Assembly (NCBI GenBank): GCA_026770705.1
Contig: JANJGN010000041.1
Span: forward strand, 4,898,001-4,962,000
DNA from: Isurus oxyrinchus
Taxonomy: Eukaryota
Direction: 5' to 3'
Length of the DNA stretch: 64,000 nt
The position numbers and the translations under genes were made by a program. Each line of letters opens with the position of its first letter. Positions within the stretch are counted from its first letter, which is position 1. Shown here piece by piece: positions 12,240 through 25,400 of the stretch. The notes beneath the pieces are model-generated. The model was given only the letters and a program-made list of their open reading frames with translations, searched no databases and was not told the origin of the DNA.

Positions 12240-14790
12240 TTTTTGATTCAATTCTCCTTGCTGTGCCCCGGCCTTTCCACCACTCTTTTGAGTCGCTGAG
12301 CATCTATGTGGTTTTCGATTTGATGGACCGTGTTGTGCAAGGCCAAGACACTGGCAGCATTCTCCTCCAGTACCCTGGTGTTAATGCCTCCGAGCTTTAG
12401 GGCGACCTGGAGAGCACCCTTACACCTTTCTCTTTGGCTGCGCTTTGGACGAGGAATGCTAAGTGGCAGATGCAGTTATGGAGAGGCAACCATTTCTCAA
12501 AAAAGGTGCCCAACGATTGCCACATCTATGCTGCATTTGTGTAGGAACTTGAACGGGGGCCTCCAGGCATCACAGCCTTGCCCTGGTCCCCAATCTTCCA
12601 TTCCCACAGGGTTTTTCGCCTGAAGCCGGCCAGTGAACACCATATTTTAGTAGTAGGATCCTGGTGCACCGGTTGTAGGGATCATATGGCGCAGGCACAC
12701 CACGTTGCTTGAGGCACGTGACCAGCAACGTTTTGATGCAGCATCTCTATCCTCAGATATTTTGTCAGTCGAAAGCATTCTGAGTTAGCAACAAAGCGCT
12801 CAGCAAGCAGCTGAATGTCTCCAGATCCTCAGCTGTTAGTGTGCATTGGCCGTGAGTGACACTTCCCTCTGCAGCTGTCCAATAACCTCTGTGCAAGGAT
12901 TTAATTGTGGCACTTTGAAAAGGCTGCCTGTGGCCCTGAAATGAATGTGTAATCCTGCGTGAAGCTCTTTGAGTGCAAGCTTGGGGAATGACCGACAAAT
13001 ATATGACAAGGTGTTGTCAGGACCCCATTTACTGGGATCCAGCTTGCAATCTCTGAGTTTGGCTTTGAGATTTCAGAAATTCTGTAGGGGAGCTTCCCGT
13101 CCTCGTCGAGTGTGGCGTTTTGGTACGTAGACATTTTCCAGATGAACCGCATGACCTTCCCAGGCAACCAGGGCTCCAATGAACATATCTCGGATGTTAC
13201 GCATGATGCACTTTGCAAGGTTATTGATTTTGTGGATTTTGTCCTGTCAGCAACCGTTGGAAATATTTCATGCACAGTGATATTGGAAAGTTTTCATTAG
13301 CTATCTATAAGGCCGAAAGGTTATGCAAGTCCCGTACTGATATGGAAGTGATATAAAAAACAGTGCCTGTCAGGCCTTGATCTTCCATCTGAAGGAAAAT
13401 CCATGTTTGCTTTGCAGAAGTCAGTAAGTGAAGCCTACCAAGCACCGAGGTTTTAGTTGTCAGGGTGTGGGTAATTTGCCAATCCAGTTAGTGGCCTTGG
13501 AGTGCATGCTGCCAAGTTCGGAAAACTTCCCTACTGAACAGAGGGATGCGTTGTTCAAAGTGGCTGTGGTTTCGTGGAGCACGTGACCAGCAACGGTTTG
13601 ATGCAGCATCTGTATCCTCAGATATGTCAACAATCAAAAACATTCTGAGTTAGCAACAAAGCGCTCAGCAAGCAGCTGAATGTCTCCAGATCCTGAGCTG
13701 GTAGTATGCATTGACCCCGAGTAACAGTTCCCTCTGCAGCTGTCCAATAACCTTTGTGCAAGGATTTAATTGTGGCTCTTTGAAAAGGCTGCCTGTGGTC
13801 CTGAAATGAATGTGTAATCCTGCGTGAAGCTCTTTGAGTGCCAGCTTGCGGAATGACCGACAAATATCTCACAAGGTGTTGTCAGGACCCCAATTACTGG
13901 GATCCAGCTTGCAATCTCTGAGTTTGGCTTTGAGATTTCAGAAATTCTGTAGTGGAGCTTCCCGTTCTCGTCGAGTGTGACGTTTTGGTACGTAGACATT
14001 TTCCAGATGAACCGCATGACCTTCCCAGGCAACCGGGGCTCCAATGGACATATCTTGGATGTTACGCATGATGCACTTTGCAAGGTTATTGATTTTGTGG
14101 ATTTTGTCCTGTCAGCAACCGTTGGAAATATTTCAAGTACCGTGATATTGGAAAGTTTTCACTAGCTTTCTATGAGGCCGAAAGGTTATGCAAGTCCCGC
14201 ACTGATATGGAAGAGATATAAAAACACTGCCTGGCAGGCCTTGATCTTCCATCTGAAGGAAAATCCATGTTTGCTTTGCATAAGTCAGTAAGTGCAGCCT
14301 GCCGAGCACCGAGCTTTTATTTGTCAGGGTGTGGGTAACTTGCCCATCCAATTAGTGGCCTTGGAGTGCATGCTGCCAACTTCACAAAACTTCCGTACTG
14401 AACAGAGAGGTGCGTTGTTCAAAGTGGCTGTGGTATCGTGGAGCACGTGACCAGCAACGGTTTGATGCAGCATCTGTATCCTCAGATATATCATCAATCA
14501 AAACCATTCTGAGTTAGCAGCAAAGCGGACAACACAAAGCTGAAAGTCTCCGGATCTTGAGCTATGAGTGCGCATTGGTCCATGAATAAGACTTCCCTCT
14601 GTAGCTGTCCAGTAATCTCTGTACAAGGATTTAATTTTGGCTCTTTGAAAAGGCTGCCTGTGGTCCTGAAAAGAATGTGTAATCCTAAACAAGCTCTTTG
14701 AGCGAATGCTTGGACAATGACTGACAAAGATATGACAATCAGAGCTGGAGACATTAAAATAAGCTTATTTGGCACTGCAGGTGACATGAA
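12240..14790 (-). mobile_element. Degenerate RTE-clade LINE (RT and C-terminal region) with internal tandem amplification
   Basis: Minus-strand frames give GLHILFRTTGSLF..., EVLFMDQCALIA (~ELLFADDCALIA), FQLCVVRFAANSEWF, SLPYQCGTC (~TLLYGCETW), VAWEGHAVHLE (~LRWAGHVVRM) and a KRCKGALQVALK-like C-terminus near 12300-12450, all typical of RTE ORF2. Confidence 0.8.
12714..14737. repeat. Tandem repeat, 864-865-bp unit, about 2.3 copies
   Basis: Anchor gcacgtgaccagcaacg at 12714, 13579 and 14443. Confidence 0.95.
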
Positions 14791-16689
14791 ATGGGCTCAC
14801 ACTGACCAACCACTTTGCATCCCTCTGATTATGACGCCATCGCCAAAGAGTGAATGACACCTATCATCTGTTCAGGGCTGTTATAACTCATGGCTGAATT
14901 GGATAGTTTAATGACCAATAAGGAGGCCTAGGGTCATGAGGATGTAAGTGTGTGTGGTGAGGGAGTTGGTGGAGCTGGCTGGTGAACGACGCTGGTTGCG
15001 GGAGAGCATGCAGGATAGCGTGACTGAGGCCATGATCAGATATACCATGAGCTTTCCGAGTTGCAGAACAAGCTCAAGGGGCCTCATGACCTACTGAACT
15101 TAGCAATTCTGTTCTTGGTGCTTCTTTCAAATGCAGCCCACCCCAAAGCGAGAGGCACAATCGACTCGGGTTCATTATAATTGGTGCATCCATCTGCTAC
15201 TGATTGTCTGCTGAGGAAATTTGAAGGCCATGAGTTAAATATTAGGTCCGGAATACCCGCCCAATGATGTACCCTAGATATCCCATTATTTTATTCAATA
15301 AATTGTTTTTCATTCAGTTCAAGCATCACTCTGGATGGAGTACGTGTGTGGGTGAGCAGGAGGATTGCATGGCGTAGGGAATCGTTACTGAGGGTGGATC
15401 GGGTAAGAATGTTGCAAATTTATGTGCAACAACACAGAATATAAGTCAAGTCTCTTTCAGAAACGTCATTGCCAGAGGAATCCCCAGAAAGATGTGGGCA
15501 CCGTATGAGTTCCCTCTGGAAGATTAAATGGCAAAGACATGCATCAGACATGAGCCCTATTGGAAAATAGAATAGGTTCTGTAACACAAAACTTCTGACA
15601 TTTTCCCACTAATTCTCCTGACGGTTCAGACCGATTGAGTTTCTTTGAATCATTTTGATCTAAATTAGTAACGATTTTATACCCAACATTAATCTGTGTG
15701 TCAATGATTTCCCGCCATGCCTATGCACTATGGGACCAACCCATTGCCCATTAAAATATAGCACCTTTAATCGTATTGACCACACAGATGATTCCAATGT
15801 TCAACGTTTCACTTCGAAACAGTTCCTCTCACAAGGAGAGCGACTGACGTAACCTGTTTGTTCAATGACTGAAATTAATTACTTTCTTCAGGGGACATGA
15901 ATGCACTCATGGGGATTTGTCTGCTGTCTATAATAACAGTTCCTCTGAATGTCACATTTCATGTTTTCCAACAGGCTCAGTGTATCTGTTCAACTGGAGT
16001 TCGCGATTCTCACCGAGGATATAATTTGTTGTACTTCAACAGATACGGGCCATTTACAAACCCATTCTCGAAGCTCTCGTTTTCTGATGTCCATTTATTA
16101 ACATGCTCTTGGACAAACATCGTAACTTTCTGTTCTCCTTTCCATTCATGTATGAGGTCAACACTGGCAACGCCAGCATTTATTGTCCATTTCTAATTCC
16201 CCTTGTGAAGTGGGTGGTGAGCTGCTGTGCTCTTTGTGGTTTTGATACATCCACAGTATTGTTAGCGGGTCGGGGTGTGGGTCTATTAAGTTGACACAGA
16301 CAAAATGAATGAACGGCGATATTTTTGGGAACCAGGGCAATGAGTTGCTAGGAGAGGAACGTTCAGCTAGTGGCGTTCCCATGTTCATGTTGCCTTTCTC
16401 TTTCGAGATCGTAGCGGCCCTGGGTTTGATTAGGTAACTAAAGGGCTTCATGTTAGGCAAAGTCAACATGTTTTCTCTGCTTCCTACTACGAATACTATC
16501 GTGCGAGTTTTATCCTGGTGCTCCAGATTAATTAATGTGGCATCTCCTTCCGAATCAACTGTGATGTTAATGTGTTTCTCTTATTTTCCTCAAATGAATT
16601 TAAAGCAGAAGAGGATTTCTACGTTTCAGCTCACACGTTCATTCCATCATGTGCATCCATCTCTGCATGAAATATATCTCTTCATAAAG

Positions 16690-16759
16690 ATGGGAGAACT
16701 GATACTTCACCAGATAGAAGCCATTTACTATCCTATTCTCGCAGCTATCGGTATTCCTG
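16690..16759 (+). CDS. Exon 1 of GPR139/GPR142-like orphan class A GPCR (short N-terminus and first half of TM1)
   Basis: ATG at 16690 (AAGATGG, good Kozak context) reads MGELILHQIEAIYYPILAAIGIP plus 1 nt, ending at donor CTG|GTAAGA (intron starts 16760). Phase 1 matches the acceptor at 30701 and joins to give ...AIGIPVNFVAI..., the conserved TM1 G-x-P-x-N motif. Confidence 0.88.
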
Positions 16760-17310
16760 GTAAGAGCCTCATTACAATCATTACCGTATAAATGGATGTT
16801 TGCATTCTTCTCAAACGTCGGTCCAGATAACATGGAATCGCATCTTTACTGTTGGGGAGTCATCAAAGCAGGGATGTATGTTTAACCATAACGTAAAGAG
16901 ATGTCTCCCAGTTGCTGTATCTTACACTCTGTGGCATCTACTGCTGACACTTATTCTTGCTTTAAGGAATGTTTTGTAACAGGGTGGGCTCTGCAATTAT
17001 TATCGTAATCAAGTGCAAACCCTGGTTGAACTTGTAGAATACACAATCTGTGAAAATCTGTGCAGAGGCAAATTCGCATTCTGCAAAATTTGGTTTCAAA
17101 TACTTGAATCCGTTGCTAATGGGTATCATACAATTTCCAATATTCAAAGGAACTGAATCCCTGTCAAATCACATACTTATTACCACAGCGATTTTTTTTT
17201 TACAAATCTGTATGTAGAGAGGATATCTGGTTGTCTGGGTGAAACGGATTACTGTGTGTGCTGAAGTCATTCTGATGTCTTAGTCACCTGTCTATTGAAA
17301 TACACAAAAT

Positions 17311-20300
17311 TCTGCAGCCTCATTTATCAAACTTAATGGATATACATGAAGTGTAGTCACTGAAGTAACGCAAATGTAACAGGCAATTTTTGTTCGGGAA
17401 GTTTCCAAAAGCAGCGAGTTGATAATGGCCGGATGATCTTTTCTGTGGGCTTTAGCTCAGGTTTAAATAGTGGTCAGGACGCAATGGGCTACAACACTGT
17501 TGTTCGGCGAAATAGTGGCCTGGATTCTTTGACGTTTATCCTGTGAATCAAACTGAAATATGTTCTTACAGTTTTTACTTCCAATAGACCAGAACTGCGA
17601 CAACGAGGCATTAGCCGAGAATTTTGTTCTCAAGTACTGAGAATGGGCTTAAGTCGTCAAACCTCCACCTCAGTACGCCGAATGCTTACTGAGACATAAG
17701 TGGTCCGATTTCGAAACACCTATGCTTTCGAGCAGTTATCCGGTTCTCATTATTCTGCTCCTTTTCAATTTTTAGCCTTCCACTTCCTGCTTTTATGAAC
17801 CCTGCTTCCAAATCTAACTGATTTACGTTGAGAATTGGAGTAGATTGATATAAAGCATTATAGAAGCTGACCATTTGGCCGCATGAGGGTCCTCGACTAC
17901 TCAAGTATATGATGGCTGAAAGTATGCCCCCACGACATTCTATCCACTATCTCATATCTTTGGATGCATTTAATATTGAGAAATTGGTTCATAGGCACTT
18001 TCAAAATACTCAATGACAGCCCATGAGCGGAGTTTGCCATACATAATTTCGAACATTTACCACTCCCTGAGCAACGAAATTCGTCCTTAGTTCAATTCCA
18101 AATATAGACCTCATATTCTGAAATAGCTTTTCCTGGTTTTAGACACACCCGCAATGGGAAACATCCATCAAAGATCTGCAGCACCGAAACTTATATGAAC
18201 GGTGATTGTTTCAGTGAGATCACTTCTCATTTACCAATGCTCCAGAAAGCAGAGGATGAGTCCCGACAATGTTTCCACAAAGGACAATCTCACCTAAATA
18301 CCAGTAATCCAAGAAGTAATCTGCTGAACATTTCTTGTCACAGAGCTAAAACATCACCTAATGGAATCTACACCGAAGGAGTAAAGTAGAATGATTGACC
18401 AGCACCACAAACATCAGCATAAACACAGCACATGAAAATTGCAAGTTGGGGATAGGCTGGGATGGGGTTACAAATTATGGTTGTGCACAAATCAACTCCA
18501 GCTGATGGTCCACGGTGCCTCATGAATGCCCCCTTTTGAGTTCTTGATCAAGGTGAAAAAGGCCCATTCATCACAATGGTTGTCTTTCACAATACGATGG
18601 ACGGAAGCTCCAGTGTAAAGGCAGAATTAGTTTGCAGGATGTCCGTGACTTGGTAAATCCTATAAATCATTGAATGGACAGATGCACATGTGGTGGGTAG
18701 GTTGGTGGACCGAATTCAATTTGGTTTCTGCACCTGGTTTTTTACCTGACCACATGCCAAATACCCAGTCTAGCATTTATCTTTAGGGCTCTGCCAGTTC
18801 GGCTATTAGTGCAACTAACGATACTCTCTTGCTCACAGACATCGAGTTCCCCGATGTAAAAAAAAAATTTTCTTGTCAATGCTCAAAACGTATGCCATTG
18901 GTGATCATTGATTCATCCGCTGAGAGGAACGGGAGGTGATCACCAGGAGAATATATTCATTGCCCATGAATTACGTGATGTCATGAGATTTCATTTTAGT
19001 ACCCGGTCTTCTCCACGCTATGAAAAATGGTGCACACGTAAAGTGTTGCAAAATGGTATTTATGAAAGCAGCCATGCATTTGAGTGATAACAAGAAATTG
19101 GGTGGGTAATTAAACTTTTACATATGATTATTTCACTCAGATGTTTGCTGATGATTCATCTGAACTTTAAAAACAGTAAGAGGACTTATTCAGATAAGGC
19201 TAAACAGCTTGAATCCTTAAGTTTACAGACTGATTGCAAATCAGGCAGTCTGCATTATTCTTGATTAAGTGCATATCTTTCAATTCTATTGGCGCGTTAC
19301 TCATCTAGATAGGTGTGGCATATCAAATCGCACTCCTGATTTGTGCACTTTAGATGGAGGAAAGGTGTTGGAGAGTCAGGGGATGCGTTGCTCACCACAG
19401 AATTCTCAGGTGTTGACCTGCCCTTCTAGACACAATTTCTTGTCAATGGATTGTCCAAGACTGTTGAAAATGGGGGATTAAGGGATGATAATTCCATTAA
19501 ATGTCAATCGTATTTCGTTGCATATTCGTTTGGTGCTGGTGGGCATTGCCTGTTAAATATCTGGGCCGGTTAAACTTTTCATTTTTCAACATAACTCTGG
19601 CTATTGCCCAGTTCTTGATACACATGGGCATCAGCATTTGTTGAGTCGCGAATGGTGCTGAACATTGAACAATGATCAGCGGACACAACCCCCTCCCGCT
19701 ACCTCACCCCCTCCCCAAGAAACCAAACCTCTTCTGTGTTTCAAATGGAGAGAAGTTCATTGATGCAACGGCTTAAGATGCTTGTGCTCAGGACACGGCC
19801 CTCAGGCTGTCGTCCAGTTACGTCATGGGACTGAGACGATTCACCTGCAAGCAAAACAAAAAGAAAAAATACATACTTTTTGCTTGGTAAGACTCCAAGC
19901 AGTGGGGGAGTTGCCCCTTATTCTTAATGACTGCAGTTCTCATAGCCCTCCTTAATACATTGTGTGACAAATGTTGTCTTGATATAAAACACAGCTGCTC
20001 ACTCCTCACCTCATGAGTAGAGCACTTTTGACTAAATTTGCACTAATGCGAGCCCTGAGCTGGAACTCGCACGATGCAAAAAGTGAGCAGTTTGCTGCGG
20101 AGTACTTGGCGTTTGAAAGCATTGTCCATGATAAATTTTATCATTTTGAACATGATGAAGTGTAGGCAGATGGGACTGTAATTAGATTTGTTGGATTTGC
20201 CGTGTTTATTTGTGGATAGGCATTCCTGTGAAAAAGCTCGCATTTTTTAATAGATGCCATTATTTTACTTGCACTATACCAGCTTCGATAGGCAGGCTTA

Positions 20301-22408
20301 TTCAGGAGCACTGATCTCCCGTATTATCTGCATTATCCAGAAGGACCCATAACCTCTGCCTCATCCAGTTCCTTAAGTCATAACTTAAATTCAAGGGCTG
20401 ACAATCACATTGTATGAAGCTAGGCATCTGTGATGCTCGTCATCTGTATGAAGAGGCCGGGATGGTTCATCCACCCGTCACTTCAGGATGAATGTGGCTG
20501 CACATTCTTCAGCCATGTATATGCACAGGTGCGTTGCCCTCCACAGTCATTGACGATGCGGATACTGGTAGAAGCCGTCCAAAATGATGTCCAGAACTTC
20601 CCACAACTATTCAAGGCGACTGTGACAGGACTTCAGAGATGAATTCTCGTTATTTGGTAGGGGAATCAATGAGCCCTGTCTCTCTCACGCTGAATGCGCT
20701 ATTTTGCTTGCAAGTTGCCCCGTCTTGCAATTCACCAGGTTAAGACATGTTATTAGGACTGATCACTGCTGCTGTGGACATATGACAGCTGTCAGCAAAG
20801 TTCCTTCGTTTGTGCAACTGACGTCAAAAGCCTGGAACGGCAAGAGCAGAAGAGGCATTAGGAAACTCTTAACTATAAGATCCTTTCCGAAACACACACC
20901 AAGCTGACTTGGAAAGAAATCACGCATCCCTGATTGGCACTCAGTCAAAAGCCTGGATATCCATCGCTCATAGCATTGTGTCTGCACCCGCTTCACATAG
21001 ACTGCAACACTGTAAAAACCCTTATGTCCAAGAAGAAATAGTGAAAACGGAAATAAAAGTACTAATTATGTAAATGTATCCAAAGAAAAGAAAATGTTGG
21101 ATGATGACGAATCCATGAATATTAATAGATTTTTGTTTATTGGAATGACGGCCTTGGCTGTTTTTCTTTCTTGCAATTCAACAAAGATTAAGTATAAAAT
21201 GCATATTTTAATTTAAATTATTCCGGAGAATATTGGCCTCGAAATGAGAATGTATATTTTGAATTCATGTCTGAATATCTAAATAATTAACCAAAAGGAT
21301 TGGCTGGAATTTTCGTCCAAAAATCGCACACACCCCTCCGCCTCAGCTCCCCAAAACGTCCACTGCCTACCTACCACTCACCCCCCTCAAAAATGCCGAA
21401 ACCGCACGAAGATCAATGACTTGCATCGGTGTAATGACGTCATGTACATGAATCCCCCAGTTGCAGATGGAGAACAGGCGAGCCCAAGTTACGAACGAGC
21501 AAGTTATTCAGTTTGTGATCAATACAATCGGACGTTTTCTTGATTTGTGCTTTCCACTTGCCATGACCGAGAGGAGAGGAAAAAAATGTTTCTGGGCAGC
21601 TACCATTACACGACAATCGCGCGGAAGAGAGGTTCTGCCTCCGGGACCATGATTAAATGTAGCAACAGATTTTGCTGGGGTATATGGCAGCAAAGTCATG
21701 TATACCTTTCATTTTTTTGTTTCTTGCCTGAGCTTTCAACGAAAAATATTATTGGAAAAACAGTTTCTGAGAGCAGGTGGTTTTGAGCTTGCAGCCAGAC
21801 CGACTTTCTGTTCCCAGCATTGCAGTCTGCCGCATGATGTTCAGGCTATGACTGCCAATTGGACACGGACCCCATTTTGCATCATTGAATGCCTCTTCCC
21901 CGTGGGAATTTAATGACTTGTGGAGCGGGAGGTGGTCTAAGGGAGGGTGAGTATGAAAAGGGCTAATTTTACATTTCTCCAATATCACGCTTCCGAAAAA
22001 CGTAAGTTCCGGGCCACTGTCCACTTATTGTCATGTTTCTCTATGATCTTAAATCACAATTAACGGTTTGATCCTGCACCGGAAGATATGTGTCACTTCT
22101 CTAGTGCAACTGCTACTATCGAGCCTGCAGCAATGTGCCATAACCACAAAGAAAATTTTGTAAATCACACTCGGTGGTGCGTTCGCCGCAACATTCACAG
22201 AATCATTGAAAGGAATTTGCCCGTAAGTGCAAAATCTGCAATAGAAAATTGTTATTTTGTGCTTACATTGCCAATAGAACATTGCTGTTAAAAGAAATGG
22301 ATTTGGGACCTTGGGCAAAATTCTGTCGCTCTGTTGTTCTTCAGACTCGGGTGGTTGCAGTAACGACACGAAGAGGCACTTAAACCAAAGCACACTGCAC
22401 CTGCTCCA
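17311..22408. repeat. Intronic tandem segmental duplication, copy 1 (~5.1 kb)
   Basis: Starts tctgcagcctcatttatc (copy 2 equivalent at 22420) and ends cacctgctcca (copy 2 equivalent at 27653); collinear throughout. Confidence 0.93.
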
Positions 22409-22419
22409 CTGCTTGCATT

Positions 22420-25400
22420 TCTACAGCCTCATTTATCGGTCACCGTAATGAATTTACATTAACTGTATGCATTGAAGTAACGTAAAAGGTGACAGGCAAT
22501 TTTTGGTTGGGAAGCTTCCACAAGCAGAAAGTTGACAATGACCAGATGATACTTTTTGTGAGGAATAGCAGTGGTTTAAATACTGGTCAGGGCGCAAGGG
22601 GCTACACCAATGTTGTTCAGCGAAATAGGGGCATGGATTCTTTGATATGTATCCTGTCAATCGATTTGACATCTGTTCCGAAAGTTGTTACATCCGGTAG
22701 AGCAGAAATACTTCAATATCACAATGTAGCATTGGCTGAGAATATTGTTTTCCAGTACTGAGGCCGGATGTAAGTAATCAAACATCTCTCTCAGCACGCA
22801 CATTGCTAACTGAGACATAAATGGTTCGATTTCGGAACACTTATGCTCCTCGAGTATTTTTCTGGTTTTCATTATTCAGCTCATTTCAATTTCTAGCCCT
22901 GCACTTCCTGCTGTTGAAAACGCTGCTTCCAAATCTAACTGATTTAAATTGAAAATTGGAGTGGAGTGATACTAAGCATTGTCGGACTCCCATGTGGCTT
23001 TGGGAAAATCATGAAGTCACTTTACATGGTGGCGCTGACAGAGGGACAGAGAAGCATACGAAATGCGAGTAGAAGTTGACCATTTGGCTACACGAGGGTT
23101 CTCGACTACGCAAGTATATCATAGCTGAAGTTATGCCTCCACAAGATTATTTGCACTATCCCATATCTTTGGATGCATTTAATATTGAGAAATAGGTTAA
23201 TTGGCATACTGAACATCCTAAATGACTGCCCATCTGCCAAGGTTGCATTGCATAATTTCGAATATTTATCCCTCCCTGACTGATGGAATTCTTCTCATCT
23301 CAGTTCTAAATGCAGACATCTTATTCGGCTAATGCTTTTCCTGCTTTTAGATACACCCGCCAGGGGAAACATCCATCAAAGATCTCAACCACCGAAACTT
23401 ATAAGAACGGCGAATGCTTCAGTGAAATCTGTTATCATTTACAATGCTCCAGAAAGCAAAGGATGAATCTCCTCAATGCTTCCACATAAGACAATCCCAG
23501 CTAAATACCAATAATCCAAGAAGTAATATCTTGAACATTCCGTGTTGCAGGGCGATAACAACACCTAATGAAATCTACAAAAAGGAGCAAGGTAGAATGC
23601 TTGACCAGCACCACCACCGTCACCATAAACACTCCACATGAAAATTGCAGAGCTGGAGGTACACTGGGCTGGGACTGGGGTTACAAATTATTGTTGAGCA
23701 CAAATCAGCTCCAACTGATGGTCGACAGTGCCTCATGAATGCCCACTTTTGAGTTATTGTTCAATGTGAAACCTACCCCCATTTAGCACAATAGTTGCCT
23801 CACAGAATATGATGGAAAGAAGCCCCAGTGTGAAGGCAGAATTCGTCTGCACGAGGACCGTGTGCTGTTCAATCCTATGTATCATTCACTGGACAGATGC
23901 ACATGTGGTGGGGAGTTTAGTCGAGCGAATTCAATTATGTTTTTGCACATCGTTGTTTCTTTGAACACAATGGCAAAGACCCAGTCGAGCAGTTGTCTGT
24001 ATGACTCTGCCAGCTCGGCCATTATTGGAGCTACCGATCCTCTCTTGCTCAAAGACAACGAGGTCCCAGACAAAAAGCAATTTTTTCTCTTGTCATTCCC
24101 CAAAGCGTCGGGCAGTGATGATAATTGATTCATCAGCTGAGGGGAACAGGAGATGGTTTCCAGGAAGGGATATTTTCCATGTGTTATGTGATGTCATGAG
24201 ATTTCATTTATGGAGCTCCTGCTCTCAAGTCTATGAAAAATGGTGCACACTGAAAGTGTTGCAAAATGGTATTTAGGAAAGCAGTAGTGCAATTGAGCGA
24301 TACCGAGAAATTGGATGGATAATTCAAATTTTGCATAAGATTAATTCACTCAGATGTTTGCTGATGATTCTTATGAAGTTTACAAACAGAACGAGGAATT
24401 ATTCAGATAAGGATAAACAACTTGAATCATTAAGTTTACGGAATGACTGCAAATCAAGCAGTCTGCTTTGTCCTGGATTCAGGCAATATCCTTGAATTCT
24501 TTTGCAGCGTAAATCATCTAGACAGTTCTAGTGGATCCAATCACTCTCCTGATATATGTGTTTTAGATGGAGGAAAGGTTTCGGAGATTTTGGGTGTGCG
24601 TTGCTCCCCACAGCATTCTCAGATTCTGACCTGCCCTTCTGGTCACAGTTTCTTGTCAACGGTCAGTCCGAATGTTTTGAAAATTGGGCCTGAAGGGTTG
24701 GTAATGCCACTAAATGCCAACGGTATTTTGTTGGATATTGTTTCGGTTGAGGTGCACATTGCCTGTCAGTTCTGTGGGGCGAATATTACTTGTCACTTTT
24801 CAGAACAAGTTTGGCTATTGCCCAGGTCTTGATGCGCATGCGCACAAGTTTCATCAGCATCTGTTGAGTCGTGAATGGTGATGAACTTTAAACAATGATC
24901 ACCGGACGCAAGCCCTTCCCACTACCTCACCCGCTCCCCACCACACCAAAAATCCTTCTGTGTTTGAAATGGAGAGAAATGCATTGATGCAGCAGCTTAA
25001 GATGAATTGGCTCAGGACACTGCCCTCAGGCTCTCCTCCAGTTATGTCATGGGGCTGAGATGATTCACCTGCAAAGCAAAAAAATAAGAAAAGTAAAAAA
25101 TATACTTTTTGCTTGGTAAGACTCAGCAAAGGGGAGGTTGCCCTTGTTATTGACTACAATTCTCATAGCCCTCCTTGATACATTGTGCGACAAATGTTGT
25201 CTTGATGTAAAACACAGCTGCTCAGTCCTCACCTCTTGGCTACAGCACTTCAGACCATGTTTGGATGAGGCGAACCGAGAGCGGGAGCTCGCACGATGCA
25301 AAAAGTGAGCGTCAGTGAGCAGTTTCTGGCGATTGAAGACATTGTCCATGATAATTTTCATCACTTTGGTCATGATGAAGTGTAGGCAATTGGGGCTTCT

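Noticed and set aside
15897-16196. ORF with TM1-like LLSIITVPLNV preceded by an acceptor-like AG
   Set aside because: No later TM2 or TM3 motifs, and it runs into a LINE fragment; likely chance.
16450-16689. In-frame N-terminal extension of exon 1 (113-aa ORF)
   Set aside because: Its 5' part overlaps a LINE remnant and the translation is unremarkable; ATG 16690 has good context. An upstream start such as 16594 is not formally excluded.
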